DNA of 57,164 nucleotides, counting the filler, from Basidiobolus ranarum (Eukaryota): NCBI GenBank assembly GCA_040143965.1. It is 7 parts of 7 records of this genome, joined end to end, with 100 filler letters (N's around TTAATTAATTAA, not from the genome) between each part and the next. Parts side by side here need not be neighbours in the genome. Positions count along the whole stretch, not along the records: positions 1 to 8,097 come from JASJQH010007896.1; positions 8,198 to 16,292 come from JASJQH010007897.1; 5 more parts are not named here. The stretch is one strand, 5' to 3'. The position numbers and the translations under genes were made by a program. Position 1 is the first letter of the stretch. Each line of letters opens with the position of its first letter. This document shows positions 1 through 12,286 of this stretch, piece by piece. The notes beneath the pieces were generated by a model. It ran no database searches. It had not been told where the DNA came from and worked only from the letters and a program-made list of their open reading frames with translations.

Positions 1-1031
1 ATAAAGGTCATAAAATACCTTTTTCCGCCTAAGGATTTTGTCTGCATTGGGCCACACAGATCTGAGTGTATCAGGCCCAATTTTTGATCAATTTTGCTCA
101 TTCCAGAGCCCACAAATGGCTGTCTGTGTTGCCTACCATATAGGCAACCTTCACATAGCTCCAGATCTGGTGCAATTACAAAATTTAGTCCCAGAACCAT
201 CTTGTTTATGATTAAATTTCTCATATTTTCAGCTACTAGGTGACCAAATCTCCTATGCCAGAGTTTCAAGTCTATCTCTTCAGCTGTGGCAGTATTAACT
301 TGTTCATATATTGGCCTAATATAATGAAGTTTATACAAGTTATTTTGCTTAGCTCCAGAAGCTATGTAATTCCCTTTTTGATCCCTGATTGTACAGCCAT
401 TTTGATCAAAATTAAAGCTATATACTCAGTTGTAGCTTTAATCACTGATAACAAATTTTTTGAGAGCTAATTAGCTATAGCTTTGATCCAGTGTATATGC
501 TTTGCCACATGATCACCTCAATTCACCTAAATTGGGATCAATTTTGGTTTAAGATATAACTTGTTAGCTAAACTTTTTATCTCATAAAGTTCCTCAAGTG
601 TTTTCTAAGCATCTTGGATGTCTTTGGCTGAGAGTATGTGCATCAATTAGTAATAGGTAAGTGAGACAATATTGATCTGTTCTGTCATTTTGATGAAAGA
701 GCTTGGGTGTTTTGAACCAGATTTGCATTTATGAATCAGACACTTATGGTTTATTGAGTAGAATATATCCAATTTATAGTTTACTACAATACAAGACTAT
801 TGGCCATGATTAAATCACAATAAATGTGCCTGTAAAGCTTTGGTGAAAATCTGAGGTGATATGTGAAAGTTATGAGAAAATAGCAAATATTGGGAATAGT
901 GATCTAATTGCTACATCTACCAACTAGAGGAATAAACATGTGTTTTTGAAGGACAGAATTGAGTGCTAAATAATTGGAATATTAATCAACCAACTACAAA
1001 ATGATGAGTTGCTGTTTACCTGATTTCAACA
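1..1031 (-). mobile_element. Decayed Ty1/copia element: 5' LTR (family B, ~690-1031) plus gag and integrase fragments
   Basis: Minus strand of 1-85 reads KLGLIHSDLCGPMQTKSLGGKRYFMTF (copia integrase). ~540-590 reads LYEIKSLANKLYL (gag, compare LYETKSQANRLYL in ORF 5365). 690-1031 is the reverse complement of the LTR at 4789 and ends in TTTCAACA. Confidence 0.8.
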
Positions 1032-2230
1032 GTTATGCCTAATCTAAAGGCTTTTGAACATATACTATGCATATTGATTACTAGCCAGAAAAGGTCAAAA
1101 TATGACTAAAAAGCAAAAACTATCTTTTTTCAGGATATCCTGATTGAACAAAAGGGCAAAGACTACATGCTACTGGAAATGTAAGTCTAATCAGGTCTAA
1201 AGATATGGCTTTGGCTGAAGAAGAAAAAGTAACATTCAACACAATGCAGGATCAGGATAAACAATCATGATTGATCAAGAATTTGCTTTTTCTTGCAACC
1301 TCCTGATTAATGAGAGTAACAATGAGAATTCTTCACCAATATTGTTCATGAAAAGATCTGAAATGACTTAATTTACTGATTCAGTCCCATGAGATGTAGT
1401 GCTAATTTCCCACTTTAGGAGTTCCAATTGGACAATATCTTCAGTGGTCAAGTAATCTCACTGTGCACAAAAAGAGGCTACTAGTAATTTTGTCTTTTCT
1501 GATAAAGCTGTATCACCACATGGAGCTATGGAGAGTAGTAACATGAGGTTGTGAGCTGCGGCTATTGCAGAAGAGTATAAGTCTCTAATGGAAGTTTGTG
1601 CCCAGATTTTTGGAGGTATCTAGATTTTGCTTAAACTGTAGAAATAAGTACAGCACCACCCCAGGATCTTTAGATGAACCTCATACTGCCAACATCTGTC
1701 TAAAAACCATTTAAATTGAGACTTAAATGTTGAAAACAGCTTGAAATGTCTGCAAACTCTAACAGTTGTTGCATGGTCTCAAGTAAGGATTCAGGGCATG
1801 GAATAGTAAGATAAACACCTGTCAGGAATGCCTTTAGACTCAAAAATATTCAGCCAATTGCTTTTCTAACTGAAAGGAACCTAAAATAGGACCTTATCTT
1901 GTTATTAAATATTGATAAACTGAAAAAATCCCTACATAATATGGTAGCACACAATTAGACAAAAATATCTTTATTAAATCTAACATGTATAATGGGTATG
2001 AGGAAGTTGAGTTATTTCCTAGGATAACTAACCAAGAGAGATATACTATTTAGAAAATCATGAGTAATCAGTCTATACTGCTGCTGGACATTCTTAAATG
2101 TTTCAACAGTGACAATAGCAAGCATATTTTGAACCAATGAATCCCAATATAAGATTTACCATATTTTCTTCTAATTTGACTTAAAGTAGTACAAACTGAA
2201 GCTCAGAGCTCCCTTGTATATCCATGATGG
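1032..2230 (+). mobile_element. Highly decayed copia integrase C-terminus / RT fragment
   Basis: Reads KRSKYD*KAK, GYPD*TKG, AAIAEEYKSLME and later RT-like fragments, with many stops and frameshifts. Boundaries approximate. Confidence 0.6.
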
Positions 2231-2259
2231 GTAATTCAGTATGTCCAGTGATATTTAAA

Positions 2260-3115
2260 CATGTGTGTTTATTGTTCTCTCTGATAGATATATCAATTAG
2301 GTCATTTGGACAAGTTCCTACTATTTTCTAAAATCTTCTCCAAATTTTCTAAAATTCCCACCGGTACTTTACTGGCATGTTTGGTATCATCTAAACATGT
2401 CCAATAGTGCTATTTCATAGTAGACAACAAATTGTGGATATTCTAATCATAAATATTAAGTGCCTAATTCACATATTCAAAGCTTATCCAAAACATTTGA
2501 AATCCCCTAAACACTTTGATCATGATATGAGCCCCAAGCTAGCTGTTAAAGAGCATTGTCTGAGAACTACAAAATTGCTGTATTGATTCATGCAGACACT
2601 AAGTGTATGACATAACAAGATATACATTTATTTGGAATCACTGGAATTCCAAAATTGCATAGCAGATTATAATATTTACATTAAAACAGTAAAAAATAGG
2701 ATTTCTATCTTGGGCACTATATGTAGATGACCTCATCATATTTAATATGTTCTAGAAGCACTCAATCGGACAAAAATCAACTCATGAAACCTATTTCCAA
2801 TGACAATTTTATGTGAAATAGGTTACTTCCTTGTAATCTAAATTGAGAGCCCTAAACTTTAAGTATCAGCACCAATACATCCTGTGTGTCAAGCTATGTT
2901 TCAATGTTTCATTTTATTTGGCCTAAAATGTCTCAAATACAAGCTGGGAGTTCCCACATCAGTCCATGGTGCTTAGTTGAATGTGTATAATGGTTGGAAC
3001 ACCTCCATACATTGATGTGGCAGTGAGAGCTGTCTGTCTATACATCAAAGATCCTGAAATTAGGTGCATATCCACAGTAAAAAAAATAGAGATATCTGAT
3101 TGATTGAAATATCAA
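2260..3115 (+). mobile_element. Internally deleted copia: partial LTR-B ending at 2522, degenerate PBS (2523-2535), then RT fragment
   Basis: LTR similar to 4789-5102, ending CACTTTGATCA and followed by TGATATGAGCCCC. RT motif LYVDDLII near 2716-2740. Confidence 0.7.
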
Positions 3116-3119
3116 TTTT

Positions 3120-4788
3120 TGATAAAAGAGTTGAGTGGATTATGACAAGAATAGGCTTTGAGAACTGGGAACTGATGTTTTATTTATTTGCTCATTTCCT
3201 ACTTATAGTTTACTATGAAATAAAACTATTGGACACACTTAGATCATAACAAATATGCCTCTTAAGCATGGGTGAGAATTTGAGATGATTTGGAGAAGTT
3301 TTTAGAAAATTGTGAAAACTGGTAAAAGTGATCTGATTGATATTTTTATTTATTAGAGCAATAAAAACATGTTTTTCAAAGGCAGAAATTAATGCTAAAT
3401 AACCAGAATATGAGTCAACTAGTTACTAAATAATGAGTCTCTATTTATCCAATCCCAACATTCACACTCCACTGATTATTTGTATTTCTATTGAACATAA
3501 CATATATGATAATCACTCAATTTGTGCTTTTGTTAAAGGATAGGTGAAGATGTCAGCTATCATCTTTTCAATAGGGCAATAGCCAAGCTCAGTTATATCA
3601 TTCTCTATTGCTTCTCTGACATATTGATGCCTAATATCTATATGTTTTGTTCTAACATAAAATGTAGGCTGTTTAACTCATGAAAACAACTTAAACTATC
3701 TTCAAATTCATTGATAGCATGCTTTTGCAAGTGTTCTAAGTCTGTAAATATCTTATTCAATCACATAGCTTCTTATGTAGTTGCAGAGGCAGCCATATAC
3801 TCTGCTTCTGAAGTAGAAAGTGCTGTGGTTGGTTGCTTCTTACCATTCCAAGTTATGGCTCCATTACCATATAGAAAGTGTACCCAGTTGTTGTTCTTGT
3901 ATCATCAAGGTTTCTTCCCCAGTCTTCATTGCTGTAGATTTCAAATTTTGTACATCAGGAGTGCCAGAGTATTCAAGGACTCAATCTACAGCTTCTCTCA
4001 AATACCTGAATATTCATTTATATGCAGCTTTGTGCTCAGATCCTTGGTTTTTGAGATATTGGCTGACAATGCCCATAGCCACTGCAAAGCCTGGATGTGT
4101 TACATCCATTATATACATTTAACTACCCACCATGGAATGGTAAGGGAACTTCTGGCTTTGCTTTTGGTCATTTTGTGCCTAATTGGAATAAATTTTAATA
4201 TAACTCACAATGGCATCCTTTAGCAATGATACAGGCCTGCTACTCTCCTTGTTGAGGCAGTTTAGAATGTCTAGGATGTATCTAGATTGTTCCAGCATTA
4301 GTTTCAAGTTGAGTGTATCTCTCTCAAGTTGGATTCCAAGAAAATATCTTAATTCATCCTTTCAGTTGTCCAAGCTTGGCTTGATAAGCTGATTTTTGTC
4401 TGTTTCAGGGCTTCTAAATCATATGTGGCTATAATCAAGTCATCCACATATAGTGCCAAGAAACTGAACCTATTTCTGGTTGTTTAGATACAACTACCAT
4501 GATTGGCTGTGCATTTTTGGAATACTAGTGATTCCAAATAGGTATCTATCTTGTATTACCATGCTCTGGGTGCTTGCTTGAGTCCATATGGTAATTTTTG
4601 CAGTTTATAGACCATATCAGGGTGTTTTGGGTCAAGAAATCCATCTGGTTGTTCAATATAGATCTCTTCTTCTGGATTTTCATTCAGAGAGTCTGTTTTT
4701 ACAACCTTTGATGTAAATCAAGATTATGGATGGCTGAGAGTGCCAGGACTAATCTAAGGGACTTACACTTAGTCACTGAAGCAAGAGT
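3120..4788 (-). mobile_element. Decayed copia RT/RNase H with 3' LTR-B (~3120-3460), interrupted at 4789 by another copy
   Basis: Minus strand reads KQPTTALSTSEAEYMAA and RTKHIDIRHQYVREAIE (copia RNase H). LTR-B reverse complement ends CCAACA at 3460. Confidence 0.8.
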
Positions 4789-7700
4789 TGTTGAAATTAG
4801 CTAAATAGCAACTCATTATTTAGTAATTAGTATGTTCAAATACTGATTATATAGCACTCTATTCTGTGATTCAAAACTGTGTTTATTGCTCTAATTGATA
4901 GAAATATCAATTAGAACACTTTTACCAATTTTCATGATTTTCTCAAAACTTCTCCAAATCACCTCAAATTTTGACCCATGCTTAACAGGCATGTTTGTTA
5001 TGATCTAGGAACATCCAATAGTCCTATATCATAGTTAGTTTTAAATAGGACAAATTCAAATCTTGTCCAAAACACTTCCAAGTACCCTAAACACTTTTGT
5101 TAGGTTATGAGCCCCAAGCTAGCTATTAACGGAATGTCAACCAGTACTATTACCAAAATTTCTGCATCTACGGAGAAGTTTGATAGTGAAGACTTTCACT
5201 GTTGGAAGTTCAAGATGCAAATGGTGCTAGAAGACAAGGGCCTTTGGAGATTTGTTACAGGAGAAGAAATAGAGCCATAGGGACCACCAGAAGCTATCCT
5301 TGCCTTTTACAAGAAGCAGAGCAAAGCACTCTCTACACTTTGTCTATATCTCAGAGACACTCAATTGAGGCACATACAATCAGCTGAAAACATCCAAAAT
5401 GCTTGGGAAACACTTGATAGACTATATGAGACTAAAAGTCAGGCAAATAGGTTATATCTCATGCAAAAATTATTCTCAATTCAGATGAATTCTGATGATT
5501 CTATGCTTAATCATATAAATAGGTTAAAAACTAAGGCAGATGAGTACTCATCCATTGGAGCCTCTCTAAATGAAGATGACCTAGTCATGACATTACTTGA
5601 GAGCCTGCCAGACAAGCTTGGAAACCTCATAATTGCCCTAGAATCATGATCAGAGCCATTAACAATGGAATATGTTGGTGCTGGATTTTGGAATGAGGAA
5701 TTAAGGAGATCAATTTCTCAGCAAAATAATGCGGAATAGGCATTTTTTGGGGCTGTAAAATGTCCAACAGGCAAAATTGGAACAAGCAAATCAAGCATGC
5801 ACTTGTAGGGACCATCTAATTGTGTCTGCCCTATCAGTAACCACTAAAGAAGACTCAGAAATGTGGTACAATAATTGAGGAGCTTACCTGCATATGTCAA
5901 ACAGGAAAGATTGTTTTCCAGCTTAAAACCAATCTAAACCAGGAAAGTCCACTTAGGTAATGACTATGCTCTAGATGCATTTGGTAAAGGCACAGTTGTA
6001 CCCAATTTAGACTGTAATTCAGCTACACCATCTGCAAGATTGCATGATGTACTCTATGTATCAGATATAGCCAAGAATCTAGTCTCAGTAAGCCAAGCAA
6101 TAGCTCAAGGACTAAACTTTGTGTTAAGTAATGTTAGATGCAGTATCACAGATCAGAATGATACCAAATTAGCTAATGGGATCAAAACTCAAAACTTAGA
6201 CAAGCTTGGAATCAACAAGTTGCATTCTGAGCTTGCAAACTTGACCAAAAATGGTGAAATAAACTGTCATTTGTGGCATAGAAGATTAGACCACATCGGG
6301 TACAAAGACTGACCTAAATGATTCAAATCAGCTTGTTTCAGGCTCTGAAATTGGAAATAGCACTAAATTGGATCTGTGTGAAGGTTGCATATACGGAAAA
6401 TAGCACAAACAGCCATTTTCAAGCTCTGGAGAGATCAAATTAACCCAGAATTTGCCCTGATTCATTCTGACCTATGTAGCCACATGAAAAATGTCTCATT
6501 AGGTGGGAAAGAGTACATCATGACCTTTATTGATGATAAAACATGATATATTTGGGCATTCTTTCTCAAGTCAAAATCTGAAGCCTTAGCTACGTTCCAG
6601 CACTACAAAGAATGGTAGTGAAAGAATCAGAACAAAAAATAAGGATATAAAGGAGTGATAATGGTGAGGAATACTGCTCTACAGACTTTGCTAGTTTTTG
6701 CTCTCAACATAGAATTAGGGAACAAACTACTGTACCTTATACTCCACAGCAAAATGGTGTAGCATAATATTCTAATAGGACCATGGTAGAGATGGCAAGA
6801 TAAATGTTACATGATCAACAGTTAGATTACCAATTTTGGGCTGAATCTGTCCCCACTGCAGTCTATATCAAAAACAGATGCCTAACAATAATGCTACAAA
6901 ATTCCCCTCAATTTGAAGCCCTACATAGATCAAGACCAGTGTTGATCATCTCCGGATCTTTGGTTGCACAACATATTTCCTAATTCCAGCTCCAAAATGC
7001 TCTAAATTGTAACCTAAAAGCAGAAAATGCATATTTCGTAGTCACTGTAATGGATCTAAGGCCAACAGACTGTATGATACCAAGATTCAGAAGTTAGTCA
7101 AGTGCAGAGATGTGATTTTGAAGAAAAAGCAAACTTTTCACCTCAGATCATAGTTCTTGACCAAGAAAACACAATCAGCACTATTCAGGAAGTGTCTGAC
7201 AAAATTGCAGCTGTATCTGAGGCCTGTTCAATCAAAATTCCAGTTTCAATCACATCAGAGGATGATTCAGGGCTCAGAAGATCATCCAGAAGGAGAAATA
7301 AGCCAAGAAACTGGTGGAACACTTCCAATGATGATGTATTTGCTTATGCAGCATTCTGTGCCAGGCCACAGACTCTAGATCAAGCTCTTGAGTGTCCAGA
7401 ATCAAAATTATGGGAAAAGCAATGGCAGAAGAGGTTTTTTCACTTCAGGACAATAAAACATGGGTTTTAAGTCCTCTTACATCAGGGAGAAAGCCAATAG
7501 GTTGCAAGTGGGTCTACAAAGTCAAAAACAAACTGATGGAACCATAGAATGGTACAAAGCAAGATTACTTGCAAAAGGCTATTCCCCAACTCCAGGAGTG
7601 GATTTTAATGAAACTTTTGCTCCAGTAGCTACATTTAGCTCCAGTAGATCAATCCTGGCACTCTCAGCTATCCTTAACCCTCATCTACATCAAATGGATG

Positions 7701-8097
7701 TAACAACAACCTTTATGAATGGAAATCTAACAGAAGATTTCTATATGAGGCAACCAGATGGATTTGTTGACACAAAACATCTGGATATGGTCTGTAAGCT
7801 GCAAAACTGCTATATGGACTCAAGCAAGCACCCAGGGCATGGTACAACATGATAGATACCTACTTGGAATCACTGGAACTTCAAAAATGCAGAGCAGATC
7901 AGAGTACTTACATCAGAACAACTGGAAATAGGAATCTTATCTTAGCACTATATGTGGATGACTTGATCATAGCTATCAATGATCTAGAAGCACTTAATCA
8001 GACAAAAAACGGCTTATCAAACCAATTTCAGATGACTGATATGGGTGAATTAAGTTATTTTCTTGGAATCCAAATCAAGAGAGACAAACCCAATTAG
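4789..8097 (+). mobile_element. Ty1/copia retrotransposon, frameshifted: 5' LTR 4789-5102, PBS, gag (ATG 5134), protease, integrase, RT; cut by contig end
   Basis: Starts TGTTGAAA. gag reads FHCWKFKMQMVLEDKGLWRFV. Motifs [60 protein letters not shown] and ALYVDDLII occur in copia order. Confidence 0.95.
5103..5114 (+). other. Primer-binding site complementary to the initiator tRNA-Met anticodon arm (Ty5/copia half-tRNA type)
   Basis: GGTTATGAGCCC lies directly after the LTR. Its reverse complement GGGCTCATAACC is the tRNAiMet anticodon stem-loop. Confidence 0.85.
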
Positions 8098-8197
8098 NNN
8101 NNNNNNNNNNNNNNNNNNNNNNNNNNNNNNNNNNNNNNNNNTTAATTAATTAANNNNNNNNNNNNNNNNNNNNNNNNNNNNNNNNNNNNNNNNNNNN
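8098..8197. other. Artificial contig linker
   Basis: 100 nt of Ns around TTAATTAATTAA (stops in all six frames). Confidence 0.98.
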
Positions 8198-8740
8198 TCC
8201 TGAAACTGAAAAAATTGATTAAAATCAAATCTAACTTGATGATTTTATGATGGTAAGTAAATGGTCAATCCCAAATGGATTAAAATTGTGATGGTTTTCC
8301 TACAATAATAATCCTCAAATTTCTGTTAGGGTATCCTGTTCTTTAATTGGGCCCAAAGGCTCCTGGAACACATATACAGAGTTTGAGGTCTCTGGGACAA
8401 GTTTGAGATGATCATATATTTTAAGAACTTCCAAGTTGTTAACATTTACATCAGAAAATTCTGGGTGAAGATGTTAAATAATGACATGGCAAAGTTTAGA
8501 TAGCTAGCTCTATGATTACAGAGATGTTTTGGCTAAATCAATATCAATAGTAATAATGTCATCATGGAGTGCACTTTCACAATATTGAATTATCCAACAC
8601 CAACAATATCTATCAAACAATACCACCTAACCAGGATGGCTGGGCATATACAGAATTGGAGGCTCAGGGATTTGGGGGGTTGTGTGTAAAGAAGAGTTGA
8701 TGATGTTGACAGAGTTTATTGAAGAAAAATGGGACTTCAT
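8198..8740 (-). repeat. Decayed ORF of an unidentified repeat family (copy 1)
   Basis: Minus strand reads IITIDIDLAKTSL*S*S*LSKLCHVII*HLHPEFSDVNVNNLEVLKIYDHLKLVPETSNSV, homologous to ~15010-15530. CpG-poor. Confidence 0.55.
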
Positions 8741-11700
8741 GGGGTTGGTTTGGGTGAAATAAAAATATTGGATTTAACTATGCCAATCTCCAATTATTCA
8801 CATTTTATCTTGTTTGCATTTTTTATTTTCAACCAATCACTTCTCTACTAAATAATGCGTATGAATTTAAATTTGCTCTATGAGGTCAGATGTTGATTCC
8901 AAATGTAATAGAGATAATAAACTTCACCTAGTTTAAACTACCAATTGCAACCTTACTATCCACTTAGACAGCTCAATAGCTGATGGACTATGTTCTGGGT
9001 GCAATAGAATTCAATTAATATATCACTGTTGCCCTGTTAGATCAATATGAAAAATGAACACCAGTAGTTATAGAGCAAAGATTTTTTTCAATTCAAGAAC
9101 AATGACCTATTCTTGTGTAAGGAACGCCCGTTAATAAACTTTTTTGGCAACTTATTTGATCACACAAAGTTAGGGATAAGGGGCCAGAGTAGCCACTCAA
9201 AATATTAGTGCATACAGTTTTGAATGCAAAAATCCTGCTTTATGCAGCAGTAGCCGAAACTAGGCTTCTCTCTTTTTTTATATTTCGGTTTGCGAGTACT
9301 ACAATCATTAGTTCAAAAATGCATTTCTTGGAAAGATACCGGAGAAGCTCTTCATCCATTTGCCATATATGAGGAAGTCTTAAATTCAAAAGGTAGATTT
9401 CATTTTTTATTTCTGAGCTGTAAACACCCTATGCTGTGAATTCTACTGATTTTGCAAGTAAACATACCGATATGATAGACATCTCGTTTTGGCCAGGAGT
9501 AAATAAAGATTACAGTGCGTTATTTTATGTCCAGACCTAGATTGTCACAAAACGTGCTTGGCATATATAAGGCTTCTTTACTGAATGGTTGTTAGTTGTG
9601 TGCGAGTGGTGAAATAGTTTACATCACTGGCGATTTTTGAATCCAGATTCAGGATATGAAATTATTAGCCAAGTAAGTTTTGAGTTAGTGTATTTTAACC
9701 GAAATATTCCGAGTTTTAGAGGAGTATTTGATGGGAATAGGAAACATTGAGAAAATATATCCACAACTATACAAGCTAGAGGAATCGCGTTTACTTGCAA
9801 ACCGCGGTAAAATAAGCAATAATAGTGACGTGAGCCCATTTGGATATCTCTACTGCATAGAAAGCTAGATATTCCTCTGGCTAGTCTGACTTTGCTCCTT
9901 CTCTCTCTCAAAGGTGCCTAAGATAAACTCGTATGCAATTCAGTACTAACAATGACTATAGTATGGAACTCGCTTTATTGGCCTACATAGTAGAAAGCGC
10001 ATTGGCCAGAGCGCTGTAGATAAGGGCGGGGGAATGGCGCTACACGCTGCCTGATCCACTTGAAGCCCAAGAAACATTTCCAATTGATAAACAGACCAGT
10101 TACCACCATATTAATATTGACATCATAACTTTGCATCGTCGTTTCAATTGGTAATGATGGGCGGTTTCAAATAACCAAATTGAACCATGCATCTTCATGT
10201 GATTTTCAGTGAGGTATTTTCAATAGCAATAACAGTTTAGATTTCGAAGGTCAACTGCAGCAGCAGAATGAGAGTGGACACACTTATATTGCCTCTGGTA
10301 AGTCAAGCATGTTTGCTTCAGCAACTTGAGCAAAACCATACGGAAGAACACCTGTAGTTTATTGCTACTAGTGTCACTACGCTTTAAGCCCCACCTAAAT
10401 GCGTGAGTATGCTAGCCAAATACCCGATTGCTATCCGACGTCAGATGCTGGAGATTAGGATTCATTAAGTAGACTGTCTGTTGAGAAATCGATAATTTTG
10501 TTATCAATACCACGGATCTGAACACAAGTCGGGATTATTCTTGACTATTTTTTACCGATTAGGACATTGGTGAACATCCGCACCCTGTGATGTACAATTC
10601 ACAAATATTCTTGTTTAGTAGCACCCTGACACACCTTATCAAAGCCGTCCTGAGGAAATGTTAGATGGGTTTTAGCCAAAGTGGGCAGCATTTTCATTGG
10701 TATGATTTGAAGAGCAAGAGGTGGCTTCTCAGCCCTCGCCAATGAGGTTTGAATATGATTGAAGGTTAAAGCTTAGATAAGATTGTAGGTTGGATGGAGA
10801 CAATCGGATCGCGCTTCCTAATTTCTGCGAACTTGTTTACATTCAATCACTCCAGCCATGATTCACTAGTGTGCTTATTTGATGATGACCTTATTGGCTA
10901 GAGAAGCATAATCCACGATTGATCCATGGATAAGATAGTTATCGGAGCGATTACTGAATTCATGCAGAATCCCCTTTGCGTGCATTGCTCTTACTATGCG
11001 ATGACAACAGGATTCAAGGGTATATTCGAGTCCAAATCGATTTTATTCCTGGTATCTTCAAATATTCAAGGAATCTCCACTGCGCTCACTATTAGGTATT
11101 CTTGAGCGCCCAGGGATTGCGCCAACATTCATATACGCATTATCTGCGGATTGTGTCCCTGGAGACCGCCAAATATAAGTAAATTATCGGAATGCTGAAC
11201 AAACTACCGGATTTCTTCAATCCGGGGCAAAATTGCCCATCAGATTTTCGTGATCATGTAGCATTCTTCCAAGATCAATGTTACCATCGATGACACTTGA
11301 TTCAACGACTCTTTAGTTGTTGTTTGGAACCAAGCCGCAACGAAGGCCCCCAGCATTGGCTTACCATCATTCCAGTAGACTGCTTAGGCGCTGAATGTAA
11401 CTTGTTAATCCATCGCGAAACGTTGATGTTTTATTTGGATGGAATTTTGTTCCACTTTAATCTACAATAACCACTTAGCCATTGGCTAATCACGATGGTA
11501 TTTTAGCCCCTACCCCTATGTTTATTGAAAGAGGCCTTCGTCATGAGCACCTGGACATTTGACTATAATAGAACGTTTGTGTAAGGATCCCCGTTGAAAT
11601 CAATAATTGGCATTGTCTCGGGAAGTGCTTGAGCTATCGTTTAAATGGCCACCTCGGTTAAAATCGAGTTTCTGCTCACATGAAGGGACAAACCAGCCAC

Positions 11701-12074
11701 GCAACCAGAATCGATTCATAGATTGTAAACCTGGTAACACGTGTAATTCAGTATTTAGTTAGCTTCCGAAATTTCATCGCCTTAGTCAGGATCGTTACTT
11801 GGGATTGTATGGATACCCACATTTCATGCACCTCGTGAGGTTGGTTATTGTCTACGACTGATCATTATCTGAGCACTCCATTCTCTATCAATGTTGTAAT
11901 TTGTCCCTATTAGGCGAATGCTTTTTCGTATAGTTACGCAACATAAGTGATCGGTACTTGACTCTGGCTAAATTGGTAGTCACATGGAAATTCACCATGC
12001 TTAGGCTCACACTGAGATAGCACACTCTACGAGGTGGTAATTTTGAATCTCCTGACTCTCGGAATCCATTCGTA

Positions 12075-12218
12075 GATAAGGTTCTTGAGACTCACAAGAC
12101 CCTCCCCCTTCTTTGCTTCCGAAGATAACCTCGTGAATGTCTATTGGCTCTCTTCATCGTTTACGGAGGTGACTGCATATCTATTGTGAAGATAAACACG
12201 CCGACGCTTACTTATAAA
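12075..12218 (+). promoter_or_regulatory. GATAA cluster, CCAAT box and TATA upstream of the ammonium transporter
   Basis: GATAA at 12075, 12124 and 12191, ATTGG near 12143, TATAAA at 12213. Fits nitrogen-regulated (AreA/Gln3-type) MEP promoters. Confidence 0.55.
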
Positions 12219-12286
12219 TTCGACACCAACCACTGTGGTTAGAGCAATATTATTACTTTCATATCTCATCTCATTATTAATACAAG

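Noticed and set aside
3711-4223. 170-aa plus-strand ORF
   Set aside because: Antisense to the copia RT/RNase H relic, with no recognisable protein.
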